This document shows positions 49,971 to 62,500 of a DNA stretch of 64,000 nucleotides, piece after piece. Within the stretch, counting starts at the first letter, position 1; each line of letters starts with the position of its first letter. The notes below the pieces were generated by a model. That model searched no databases, was not told where the DNA came from, and was given only the letters and a program-made list of their open reading frames with translations. Both the position numbers and the translations under genes were made by a program. This stretch comes from Parasitella parasitica NRRL 2501. Lineage: Eukaryota > Fungi > Mucoromycota. The stretch spans positions 1 through 64,000 of the forward strand of contig MU619240.1 in the NCBI GenBank assembly GCA_025201805.1. Reading direction: 5' to 3'.

Positions 49971-52900
49971 TTATGTAAGTATTTCCATATCTAATGTGAG
50001 TGAGTCGAGAATGCCAGCCTTTTCGCACAAGGACTGCAATAGACTATGCTGTTTGTTCAGCAGCTCAATGGCAGAGTCGAATTCGACAAGGCTTCCTTGA
50101 TCAAAGACCATGACTTTGTCATAATGTACCACATCATGAAGCATGTAGGGTATTACGATCAGTGTCTGCAAAGGAGATAGATTAGTGCTGTGTATATAGC
50201 TGCTGACTAACAGCGTCTTGGAAGGAAATTTACCGATTCTTCAAATTCTTGGTCAATCACAGAGCGAATGATCTCGTGTGCCTCTGGAGCAAGATTAGCC
50301 TCTTCAATAATGACAAGCTTTGTGCAATCTTGTAGCAAAGCACGGGCGATGCAAAGCAGTTGTCTCTCGCAGACAGGCAATCTACATCCCTCTTTACCTA
50401 AATCCTTGTCTAAATCTTCAATGATGGTAGACGCTGTCACCGCTTCTTCTTGATCTGCTAGCATCGTTGTCGAGGAAAGCCTGGCTAGTCGAACCCTTTG
50501 AAGCACTTGCCAAAGGGCGTAATCGTCGTACTCCCCAAAAGGGTCCAAATTACTGCGCACTGTGCCACTCAACAACCAGCCATCTTTGGATATGAACGTT
50601 ATACGAGACCTCAAATCCTCTACTCCAATCTACAAGATTTGAGCCCAATGTTAACAAAGCTGAAAAAAAAAAGCTCATGTCTCTCTGTAACTGACCCAAG
50701 CAATATTGACACCATCGATCTTGATAGACCCTCGCATAGGCTCCATAAACCGAAACAAGCATGAAACAAGAGCGTATTTCTCTGCTCCTGCCCTACCTAC
50801 AAGCGCAATCTTCTCCCCCGAGCATATGTTGAAAGAAATGTGTTTCAAGATGGCGTCTGCTTCAGAGTTGCTGAAACTCAGCATCAAGTCTCTGACTTGC
50901 ACGGCAGCGTTGGTAGGCCACTAGTGCACGCGTTAAGTAATCCAGTAGCGCGCTACATTTACGCATGAAAACTTACGGCAGCTGGGGGTCTTGAGCCTTC
51001 GACAATGCTTGGTGGTTCCTGTGGCATTTCCATGTACTCATTGATACGCTCAACAGCTTCAAAGTGCATATCGACTGTTGTCGACTGCCGCATAAGCCAA
51101 TACACATACTCCAACAGACTGGTTGCAAAAGTCAATGCTATGCCTGCCAAGCCAGCATCGATGGTTCTGATCTTTTGCACCAGTAAAACGCCTATGAACA
51201 ACGATAAAAATGTGCCCAGCAGTTCCACTCGCACAAACAGCCACCTACAACAGAGCCTATGTCAGATGCTTGCCCCCACCTTTTTACGATTACACACATA
51301 TTTTCTTTACCGGTTCGTATTCCAGAGAGTGTAGAAGGGCCGCATATTGTCGTCGAGTCTGCCAAACATTTTTTTCATCATGTTCCATTCTTCGCCGTAC
51401 GCTCTTATGGTTGCCAAACCGGCCAGCGTGTCTGTATACAAATGGAATATGGGTGGGCGACTGTCCGTGTTTAGTTTTTTGAGCTCTCTCGAGGCTCGTA
51501 TGTAGATGATGCCAATATAAAAGTACAGGGCAACTATAATTTTTTATAATGTCAAGAGTATGGTCGATCATACTATTCCTCCCTCCTCCACCCCCACCCC
51601 CACCCCCCCCGCCCTCATTCATTTTACATACCTGCTACCAGACTAGCAGCAAAAAACTCTGGTAAAATCATGCCAATAGTGAATACCACGCCAAATACGC
51701 CAAATACAGTTTGTAGCAGAAAGTTGACGTGCCATCCTATGCTCGAATCCACAGTTTCCATGTCCTTGCTAAATCGGTTCATGATTTGGCTGACAGGCGT
51801 GATATCAAAGAACTGCAGCGGAGCATGACAGACGCTGTGCAACAGGCCCAGAAACAAGCGATTTGAGGCACGCAATGAGCCTCTGTACTGAATAACGGTA
51901 CGAATAAAGTTACAGACCACAGTGACGAGGCAGAGACCCAGGTATATAATAACGTAATTGTTCGAAATGGACACGGCAACAGCGTCGTATCGCGAGAATG
52001 CCATGGACCACACCTATTGAAAAGTTAGTTTTTTTGGTTTGTTTCCATGCATATTTCAGCGGTTGATGTCAGAACAACATCAAGTAGACAGGTGCCTTGT
52101 ACCTTCCTTTAGCCAATAACTTTCTGATATATTTGCTAGTCGCGCAAACAGGGTAAACAAGATAGCAGCCATCCAGTATCTCCAGCCGCCACAGGCAGAG
52201 TAATACGTCGCATAGGCATAATCTCTTGATTTATACGCTGTGTCTGCAGCAGCTGTGATAGACTCATCCTGCTCTTGTCGAATAGAGTCAGGGATGATGG
52301 ACGCTTCGTCAAAGCAGTCTTCCTCAAACAACGTTGTATTGTGCGTGCTGCTGGCGCCTGTACTTTCATACAAAGCGTCAATGACATCGGCAGGCACGAC
52401 AACGGCTGCTTTCGGCTCGTTGTTGACCTTTCGCTGCGCCCGCCTAAGCTTGATAAGCGCGACAATCTTTTCAGGGTCCGTCTCCATTGCATCTACACGG
52501 CCATGCTCAAGATTCACAAACAACTGCGCATCTCGGGCCCAGAACATGTCTGGCCACGTCAATGTCACTAGAATGGTACGGCGTCGCATCAGCTCGCCGC
52601 GGATGCAATTTTCATATATAAACGTAGAGGTCATTTTTGGGAATGCGTTGAATATATCGTCTATGATGACAGTGTCAAGTTTGGCGTAGACCGCACGGGC
52701 CAAGGATATCTTGAGCCTCATCGCATTGGACATGGCCTTGTCTGTGGTTAGCGTAAGGTCCCCGTTATCTAGCATTGACAGGTCTCGCAGGAGATCGCAT
52801 TGATGCAGTACAGCGCGGTAGCGAGTGTCGTCCCAAGGCTCTGAAAACAAAATGTTGTCGCGAAGCGTGCCATGTTCAATCCAAGCAGTTTGGGCAACGT

Positions 52901-55460
52901 AAGCAACTCTCGGTACACAGGCCGGGGATTGGCCTTCAACACAGGGCATATCACCCATCAGTGCTGCAATAAGGCTTGTTTTCCCGCTAGATGGAGGTCC
53001 ACATACGATTGACAGTTTGCTTAAAGGAAACTCGCATGTGGGAACAGTCAGCAAACGCTCTGAAGACGGCCAGGCAAAAATACTGTCTGAAAACGCCAGC
53101 CTGTCTTGAGGCCGTGGTAGCAGTTCTGTCTCTTGCTCTTTTTCTTCAGTGTTCAAAAAGGCTGTGATATGGCTCAGGCTTAACCTTGCGTCGCTGTAAG
53201 CCATGAACGCTTGCGGCATGACATTGAGAGGATCACGCAGCATTCCAAACAAGACGATGCTGACAAATGCAGTGCTAGATTGGAATGGTGAATAAAAGCA
53301 AATTTTCCCTTGAACGCCAAGCACTCGAAAACAAAAACAAAAAGCCAACTTACCTTGCGTCCAATGTCTTTTTCTCCACCAAAGTATACCACGCAAACGA
53401 AATGGTGGTGACAAAGACAGGCGTCGCAAACCAAATCAGACCCAGGATTGTATTTTGCGTGTACAACTTGATCAGCTTGACCAATTCATCATCGCGAGCA
53501 TTCTGCAAGCCATTTAGCGTTAGTGAATAGACATCCCAACAAGCTCTCAAGAGTCCACAACTTACTGTTATGGCCTGCTCCCATCGTCTTTCGGATGCTA
53601 GAAACTTGATAGTCTTGATGCCATCACACAGTTCTCGCAGCAGCCTTAATCTCCATGACTTTGCGTCTGTTAAATGCGACTGAGCCTGCATGAGACGGCG
53701 GCTGATATAGTGAGTGGAGGGTAAGGCCACCACCATGACTATTAAGCCAGCTAAAAACGAGTTGCCCAGTATCTGGTATAAAAAGATGGCCCCAGCAGCG
53801 ATTTCCAACGGACATGTGTAGAATATATGAAGATACGATGCCAATTCAGCCAATCTCTCAGTGTCCTGGCTCATTAGACTAGCCTGCCGATGCACTGATT
53901 CCTCATGATCTTCGTCTCCCCCTCCTTCTTCTTCCTCCTCATCCTCTTCTTGATCCACGTCTCCTTCCTCATCAGCGTCGCTATTCGCTTCTCCCTCGTC
54001 TGTTGTAGTCTGCCCCTTTGGCGGCTGATGTGCTGATTTCAGTCGCAATGCATGAGCGTAAATTTCGGAATTCAGCATATGAATGATGGTGACGTGCCAC
54101 CGCCTTCCCCATAGCAGCGTCTGAGAAGCGACAAGTGTACTGATTACGTTGCAGCCAAACAGCGCTGCACAGTACATGTAGCCAATCTCTTGATTGGAAC
54201 TGTCCTCCCCATCCTGATGGTGCTCCTGTATCCATATCAGCAATTTCCTCAAAAAGAAGGGGTTAGCATAGTGAAATACGACAGCTGCAATTGCAGTGAT
54301 AAACTGACACCATATAATTTTCTTGTTTGCAGTGTAGATGCGGTGTATTAACGAGAGGTTTGACAAGTGCTGGTGCAGCTTTGTTTCGGTGAATAGTCGA
54401 AAATTCTCTCTGGCTCTCTGTCTTGTCGGTAAGGCCCACAGGGACGCTGCCGTAAGTTTGGTTCTGCGTGCCGATTTAAGCAGGCTGTTCATCCAGCTGA
54501 ATGTCAGTGATGACAGTGGAGAAGCAGTCGATTCCAGACTGAGAACACGGCCATTGCGAACCACTCGTCCATCATGCAAAACCAGCACACCATGATCGTC
54601 GTCATCAAAATCAACCAATTCCCCTTGATCCAACTCGGTTGGTGATGTAACTACTACAAACCACAGTATAAAGCACAAGCACAGATCAATCAGCGAGAAC
54701 GACTTTTCAATACCAGAAGAGATAAACCAATTGTTGTCGGTAAAGAAGTAATCAAATACTCGGATCAGCGCCGAAACAAAGAATAATGCATAGAACAGCA
54801 AGAAATGATGGCTGTATCTGGTGAATTTTGACGGGTCGACCGGGTTTGCAGGCGTTGTAAATGACTTGATGACAAGCGCAAGCACATAAATCTAGGTGCG
54901 ACAACAGTCAGCATTTCCCTAGACAAGGCATGAAAAAGCGACCAACTTACTCGTGGGACGAATGCCAGGCTTGGATCTACTATTTGATACAATGGCGGTC
55001 TTGTGTCCTTTGATCTCTCAAGGATGGCGCTCTCCAGTCTCCATGCAAATACAAAGGCCCAGCTGCTGATCTCCAACAATGTTACTATGAGCAGAACGAT
55101 GCTTCTGCGGAAGACAGAGACAGTCTTGGTTGTTGGTAACCGGAGAAAGTCGTTAATTGCAGACGTCTCCTGCTGCATTGACAGCAAGACGCATGAGACG
55201 ACGAATGATAAAATCGGGAGGAAGCCATCCAAGATGCTAGAGACCAAACAGTTAGCATCATGAAACGTTTTCCCTTGTTTTGAGCCAAATGTCCTTACGT
55301 TTCTCTATAACAAGAGTTTACAGAGAGCGAGTGCATTGGATCCAGCTATCGGGCAACAAATGAGTTTTTGAGAGTGCTATTGATGCTGCAATACTACCTT
55401 TGGCCCTCCTCCTCCTCCTCCTCTTTGCTGGTTCCATCCACAAAATGATTGATTTGACAT
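49971..55460 (-). CDS. ABCC/MRP-type ABC protein (TMD0-TMD1-NBD1-TMD2-NBD2) with degenerate NBDs
   Basis: About 12 exons. ABCC motifs ASPLSSLTFSWMNSLL, PLQFFDITPVSQIMNRFSKDM, RASRELKKL...GLATIRAY, AVERINEY, WPTNAAV and GTVRSNLDPF are present; the ATPase motifs are altered. Confidence 0.9.
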
Positions 55461-55706
55461 CTATCGTCGTTTGAATTTTTGGTCTTTTATATAAAATGTC
55501 AAAACAAGAATAAAAGAAAGAAATGTAGAGAAAGAGAAGCGAGAAAAAAAAACAAAAAACAAAAAGAAGGGGATGGTAAAAATACGTTTTATTTTGGAGC
55601 TTCCTTTGGGTTCAGCGACAAAAAGAGAATAGGAGCGTTGCACAAAATGGTATTACTCTTACAAAAAGGGGCAAAAGTGTATGATATTTGGATTTCGTTG
55701 CACGGT

Positions 55707-56278
55707 CTAACCGACTACATTTACTTTGACCGTCTCTTCCACTGTTATTCGCTGGCGGCGAAGCTGGACAAGCTCAACAAAGTCAAATGCATAAGAGCCG
55801 GGAGTAGTCCCCTCAGGAACAGTCCAGTAATAGCTGTGAGCCTTGAATTTGTCATTATGAGCAGTTACAGGACTATAGACATCGTGGCGTGTGTTGGTTA
55901 GCATACAGCAAACCAAGGAAGAAGAAGAAAAAGAAAAAAAGCTGAGCTTACCAGGACGGATAGATGTTTTCAAGAAATCCTTGCTTTTGATCTCCTGTTC
56001 TCTTGTGAAAGTTGATTTTTAATGACATTGCGTAGCCGTTTGAAGTTCCCTCTATGAATTCTATGTTAAACATACTTTTTTGGGTTTGTTTTTTGCTACA
56101 TATTCTTACTGTAATTTAATGGCTGCATCACATATTTGATAAGAATTTTTTCACCAGCTCGGACGCTCTGATCGTTTGTGGGAGATGTAATCTTCATGAA
56201 CTGTAACTGAGAAAAGACATCTGCAAAGGCGACTTGGATAAAAACTAGCGCTAAAAGGACGTTGAAAGCAAACTTCAT
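55707..56278 (-). CDS. Small secreted beta-rich (Ig-like/Kre9-N-like) protein, 3 exons
   Basis: Signal peptide MKFAFNVLLALVFIQVAFA, then ITSPT..VRAGEKILIKY and YYWTVPEGTTPGSY. Canonical junctions keep the frame. Confidence 0.75.
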
Positions 56279-57380
56279 CTTTGGCTTCTAATGAGTATTG
56301 ATTTNNNNNNNNNNNNNNNNNNNNNNNNNNNNNNNNNNNAAAAAGAAAAAGAAAAGAAAGGAGGATTAAGAAAGAAAAAAGAGAAATCTTGCCGTTTTCC
56401 TCGTTGATCCTTTTATTTTAGGCCTTTTTAATATGCATCGACACGCAACGAGTAGCTACTCCTGCAATAGATGATTGGCTTCAGGCCAATTTTTGTCACT
56501 ATATAAATCTAATAATATACACTCGCTCTTGAATAGGCAATAAACTAAATATTGGTATTACCGAGAATGATTAACTAGCAGATGAGTATACAAACAAATG
56601 GCAAAAAAAAAAAAAGAAAAAAAGGTTGCTTTGATGGGATTTTTATTTTTCATGTTTCTTGATGGAAGATACTACGTATTTGGCAAGAAGCGCATGCTTG
56701 ATGAATTCAGACCAGCAGATGCTTCTACTCATTGACTATTTGCTCATTTCAAGTAGCTCACGAACAGTTGATTTTCATTTATTGACAATGTCTGGAAAGC
56801 AAAGCAATACCACCTAATGATGGCATGATTTTTTGTACATTTTGGGTTTAGCATAAAAAGGTGGATACATTCAACATACTTGGAGATACTGTTGGCATGG
56901 GAATACTTGAAGCTAATAAACCAGCATTCTACTACTGTAAAAATATTGGCAGGATTGATCCTCATCTTGATACTGCTGTTTGGGGTTGTCAAAGTCAATT
57001 GCACGGAAGATTCGACCTGCTATTACGGTCAGAGATAGAACGACTAATGTTATGTCCTGCTTGATTCCCTTATTTCAGTGTAGCAAACACAAGCTCAACC
57101 ATGGTGACAGCAAATTGGTCTCTTCTCTAGAGATGGGTAGATTGAAGCGCGTCAAAACTCAACCAGAACGTACTACTGCGATGCAAGTGTTGTTTGGACG
57201 TAAAGGCAATTCTAGATGGCTCGTGAGCAACAAATTTTGACAAAAGATACTTTAACGAAATTGAAAATACGACACCATCAAGGTTAATCAAATTGGATGT
57301 CAATATCAAAGCGTATTGGGATAATCAGAATAAAGCGTTGTATCACTTTTAACCATCATTAAAAAAACAACTACATCCAG

Positions 57381-57416
<36 letters not shown>

Positions 57417-58086
57417 TCTAGTCTCCAGAGATTTAAATACTTTTGCGGCCAAGCTTCCTATAACTGAGCAATGCTGAGCAATGTTTTCATTTTATTAAAG
57501 CAATTTACTTGCATTAATCTTGACCGCATTTGCCCAATTAGAGCTATTCTTGCCGATCATCCTTTGCCACCAATTTCTTGCAAATTTTGCCGATAGATTA
57601 GTTTACATTTCGATGCTATTGCTAGTCTAATATCTAAAAACATCAAATCCAACTACGGTTGTGATTATTAAATCAAAAGACGCTGTGAAGTTGCAATGTC
57701 AGTCTTTGATTGCAAGAGCGTGTTGTGATCATCAATGAGGATTTTAGATGCTGGCTGTTGGGCCATCAAGGATCCAGTCATCTCCTCCTCGAGTAGTTTT
57801 TTCCTTCAGCCATCAATAGCTTTACATACTAAATGAAACCGGCGTTCTGCGTTCAATACAACCCATTTTGCATCCTGTTACCAGTATCCGCTGCCTGCCT
57901 AATTACAACTAATCCAAATTGCGGGTATTCAATGCTCCTCGGGTGGATATCGTAGAGTAAAGTACGGTAGTAGATATACGAGTCTTCTTTGTACGTCACT
58001 GCATATTTGACTATAATATCTGCTCTTTTTTTTGCATGTAATCCGCCTTTTCTCTTTCTTTTGACAATTATATTTTATTTTTAATC

Positions 58087-58998
58087 ATGTCAGACTTTGG
58101 CGATTTCAACACACCTTCCGAGGACCCCACCACCGACTTCCTCGCACGTGAGAGAGCTGCATTAGGCGATGATGCTGACCTCTTTAGCTCGAATGACAAC
58201 GACCTTGTCTCACCTGCCAACGACATGACATCTCCTATTCCTGCTCTTTCCAACCCAATGTCGCCCAACCTGCTTGACAACCTTCCTTCAGTAGACAATG
58301 GCCGTGCTAGTGCTCTATCTTTCCAATCTCAAACTATCAACACGCCTACTCAAGATTTTACAAGCGGTGGCGACACATTCGAGACAAATTATCCCAAAGC
58401 TGAAGAACTGGAGACTTCTCAGGTAAGACATCTGGGCACTGCTCTCTAGGAAAATGTCTAATATTCTACCTCAATAGGCTTTCCATAAAGCAATGTTACC
58501 AGAAGAGGAACCGGAAACTGTGCGGTAAACAGCTAAAGATCTGTTCATGTATTTATTTATTTATTTATTCGTTTGGGTAGTCAATGGCGTGAAAAACAAA
58601 AGGAAGTTATTGCTGAACGTGATGCTGAATCTGCACGAAAAAAGGAAGAAATAGTCAAGCATGCTCGTGAGGATATCGATAAATTTTATGAAGAGTATAA
58701 TGATAGGAAGCAGAAATCAATTGAGGAAAACAGGTAATTTTCTCATTGGGAGGCTCATATTGATCAAGTTAAAGTCAAGTGTACTGACTGATTGCACATT
58801 AGGGAGCGTGAAGACAACACTGCTAAAAGCCGCGAAGAGGTTGCTTCTTCAGGCAATGTCTGGGATCGTATTGCTCGTGAAGTAAATGTCAGTAACGCAA
58901 AAACAGGCCATCATGCACAAAATGTCACCAGAATGAAGGAGCTGTTTTTGGATCTCAAGAAGGACGAAAAGGCTCCTGGAAATATCATTGAAGCTTAA
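58087..58998 (+). CDS. CLC1: Clathrin light chain
   Basis: Motifs DFLARERAALGDDADLF, EEPETVRQWREKQ...IDKFYEEYN and WDRIA...RMKELFLDLKKDEKAPG. Confidence 0.93.
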
Positions 58999-59573
58999 AA
59001 ACCAAAGCTTTCAGTGTACCATTGTAGTATGATTAAGTTTGGGTCGTCTTCAATAAACTGTTTTTTTTAAAAAAAAAAAATTTCAATGCAGTGTCAGAGA
59101 TATTGCATTTATCATTCTACGACTTGATAAACATATCATAAAGTATCATGTGTTGGACTCTGTTCAATAAGCTTTATTAGAATACTGCGTTTTTGGGGAT
59201 ATATGATCTCTCCATCGATAATCGCAAGTGTCGCAACTGTTGGACCATTAAGTGCTTGTGCTCCCACCAGGTCAGGTTGGCCAATTCAGAGAACTGTATA
59301 CTCTCGAAACATTTATAAAGAGTGGAAAGTGTTTATTTCAGCCAAAGAAGGCATCTACATGACAATGCGGCGCTAGGCTCTATTTGGCAGCTTCTTAACC
59401 ATTGCTTTTCACATTTTAAAATGCCTTTTGCGCAGAGATGCATTGTGGACTACCACCGCAGCAAAACTCCTGTACTGCGACGTACATTTGACATTCCTAT
59501 TTTAAAGATGGATTTTTTTTTTTTTTTTTTTTTGGTATTGCCTTTGTTCTAAGTAAACAAAATTGCTAATAAT

Positions 59574-62500
59574 ATGGTAGAATCAGTCCCTTTCAGCACA
59601 GTGCTTCATCAGCTATTGTCAGCAGCAAAACCTACATCCTCTAAAGGGAAAGGGAAAGCCAGAAGCCAGTCGTCCGATTTCCTGACTCGTCCTATTGAAG
59701 ACAACACCGATTGGAACGAGTCTGTCAAAACCTTTTGCGACCTTGTCGAAAAGTATACCGAGAAAAACAACGCGCCACAAGGTAAGATCATGCTCCAAAT
59801 TGGAGAGCGTGCAGACTATTAATGGCAGGCGTAGAGGTACCTGCTTTGAATTATGGCGCTGATATCGAGTATTGCGCACCCAGGAAACCTTTTCTTGTGC
59901 CAATATTACAAAAGCACGAGTCAGAAGAAGACGCTGCAGAGTCTACACCAGAGCCGCAACAACAGGCTCCCTTGACAGCAGGGCCTGCCGCTATTTATGA
60001 CCGCAATTGGCTTTTACAGTAAGTGTTGAGTTCAGTTGAGAACGATTGTTTAGGCTGCACATCTGACGCCGCAAACAGGCAAGCCCGAATTCAGGTGAGT
60101 AACCAGAAAGACCTTGGACTCGACGAGCGACAATTATGTGGAGACATATTTACAATTATCCGTTCTGGCGATACAGATGACGATATCCAAATGTCTCTTG
60201 TTGAATTACTAGGCTACGAAGCATTGGATTTTATCGCAGCGCTTATCACTAACCGCGCAACTATCGTGCGCAACATTCTTCGCATGTCTGACTACGATGA
60301 ACAGCAGCCAAAAAAAAGGTCAGCGGCGTCCGCCCCTACTGAACCCAAAAGGCCAGTTTACGGCACTCAGTTTATCGTGCAGTCTGAAAAAGAACTGAGA
60401 GAAGAGAAAAGACTGCGAAAGGAGCAAAAAAGGGCCATGAAAAACCATAACCGAACAGAAGGTAAGGGAGAAGGCTTGCAGTCTTGGATCATTATTTTCT
60501 CATTTGTGTGATGATAGATGATGATGCTAAAGCTGTGTCGATGGGTATATTGGGATTTGATGGCGAGGATTTACGCCAGGCTCGAGAGGATGCACTGATA
60601 AATGCAAGTCAAGCGCCGCTATTCAGCTCCAATTACAAGACAAAAGCCGCTGCCTCATACCCACATGTATATCAATCCGCGCAATCTGGAGGCACTTTGT
60701 CATTGTTTGGCACTAGATACGCGTTACCGGCAGGCACTGTTCGCGAGGAATTCAATGACTACGAAGAAACAACGATTCCGGTTCCCAAAGTAGCCCCAAT
60801 CCGAGCTACCGAAAGACGCATTCTTATTTCAGAAATGGATGCTCTGGCTCAAGGCGCTTTCAAGGTAATAGGATTCGTTGGTTGCTGCTTTTTATTTGAT
60901 CGGACTGTGAGGTTAATACGTTTACTACTAATAGGCGTATGAAAGTTTGAACAGAGTTCAATCCATTGTTTACCCTATAGCGTACGAAACAAACGAAAAT
61001 ATGCTTGTGTGTGCTCCTACTGGTGCTGTAAGTAGTCAGAGATCAGACCTTTTTTTTTGAAATTCATGCAAAATGTATAGGGTAAAACTGACGTTGCCAT
61101 GCTAACGGTGCTTCGATGTCTAACTCAGCACTGCACCCCTCCTCCCCGCAAAGGAACAACCGAGATCGACTTTACTATCGCCAAAAACGACTTTAAGATT
61201 GTCTATGTTGCTCCCATGAAAGCTCTTGCTGCTGAAATTGTAGAAAAGATGGGCAAAAGATTAAAGGTTTTGGGAATCAGCGTGCGCGAACTGACGGGCG
61301 ACATGCAGCTGACAAAGGCAGAGATCAGCGCTACTCAATTCCTCGTCACCACCCCTGAGAAATGGGATGTCATTACTAGAAAGGGCACCGGCGATGTTGA
61401 ATTGACCCAAAAAGTGAAGCTGCTGATCATTGACGAAGTGCATCTGTTGCACGAAGACCGCGGCGCTGTTATTGAAAGTATCATTGCAAGGACCTTGCGT
61501 CAGGTTGAATCCAGCCAGTCGCTGATCCGCATCGTGGGTCTGTCTGCCACGCTTCCCAACTATGTGGATGTTGCCGCCTTTTTGAGAGTGAACCCTTACC
61601 AGGGCCTGTTTTACTTTGACAACGGCTTCAGACCTGTTCCTCTTGAGCAGCATTTCTTGGGCATTAAAGGAAAGCCAAACTCAGTGCCATCGAACGAAAG
61701 GATGAACCGCGCCTGCTTTGATAAAGTGTCGGACCTTGTTAGAGATGGTCATCAAGTCATGGTGTTTGTGCACGCGCGAAAAGAAACTGTAAAGACGGCC
61801 CAGATGCTGCGAGAGGAGGTTGCCAATGAGGCATTGAATGACGCATTTGACTGCTCAGACTCACTCAAATACACACACTTCAAACGAGAAGTAATGAAAT
61901 CGCGAAACAAGGAGATGAAAGAGCTGTTCCAATACGGCTTTGGCATTCATCATGCGGGCATGCTTCGATCTGATCGTACGCTGACTGAAAAGATGTTTCA
62001 GGAGGGTGCTCTCAAAGTTCTCTGCTGTACTGCTACTCTTGCTTGGGGTGTCAATTTGCCAGCGTATGCTGTTGTCATCAAGGGGACGCAGGTGTATGAC
62101 TCTACCAAGGGCAGCTATGTCGATTTATCTATACTGGATGTGCTTCAGATTTTCGGCCGCGCCGGCCGTCCTCAGTACGAGAGTCATGGTGTTGGCTACA
62201 TTCTGACGACACACGATCGCTTATCGCATTACATCTCTGCAATCACTCAGCAGCACCCTATCGAATCCAAGTTTATCGAGAATATTGTCGACAATTTGAA
62301 TGCTGAAATTTCCCTCGGCACTGTCACCAACATTGACGAGGCTATTACATGGCTCAGTTACACCTATCTGTACGTGCGTATGAAGAAAAACCCAATGATC
62401 TACGGTATGGATAATGCAGAGCCGACGAGCGACCCGTTGCTGGGCAGAAAACGACATGAAATCATCACGCTGGCTGCCCGCAAGCTCGCCAAGTGCCAAA

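Noticed and set aside
56690-58010. Coding-like fragments (RIDPHLDT; SEL1-like AADTGN)
   Set aside because: Multiple stops and no consistent frame, so no family can be assigned by eye; may be pseudogene debris.
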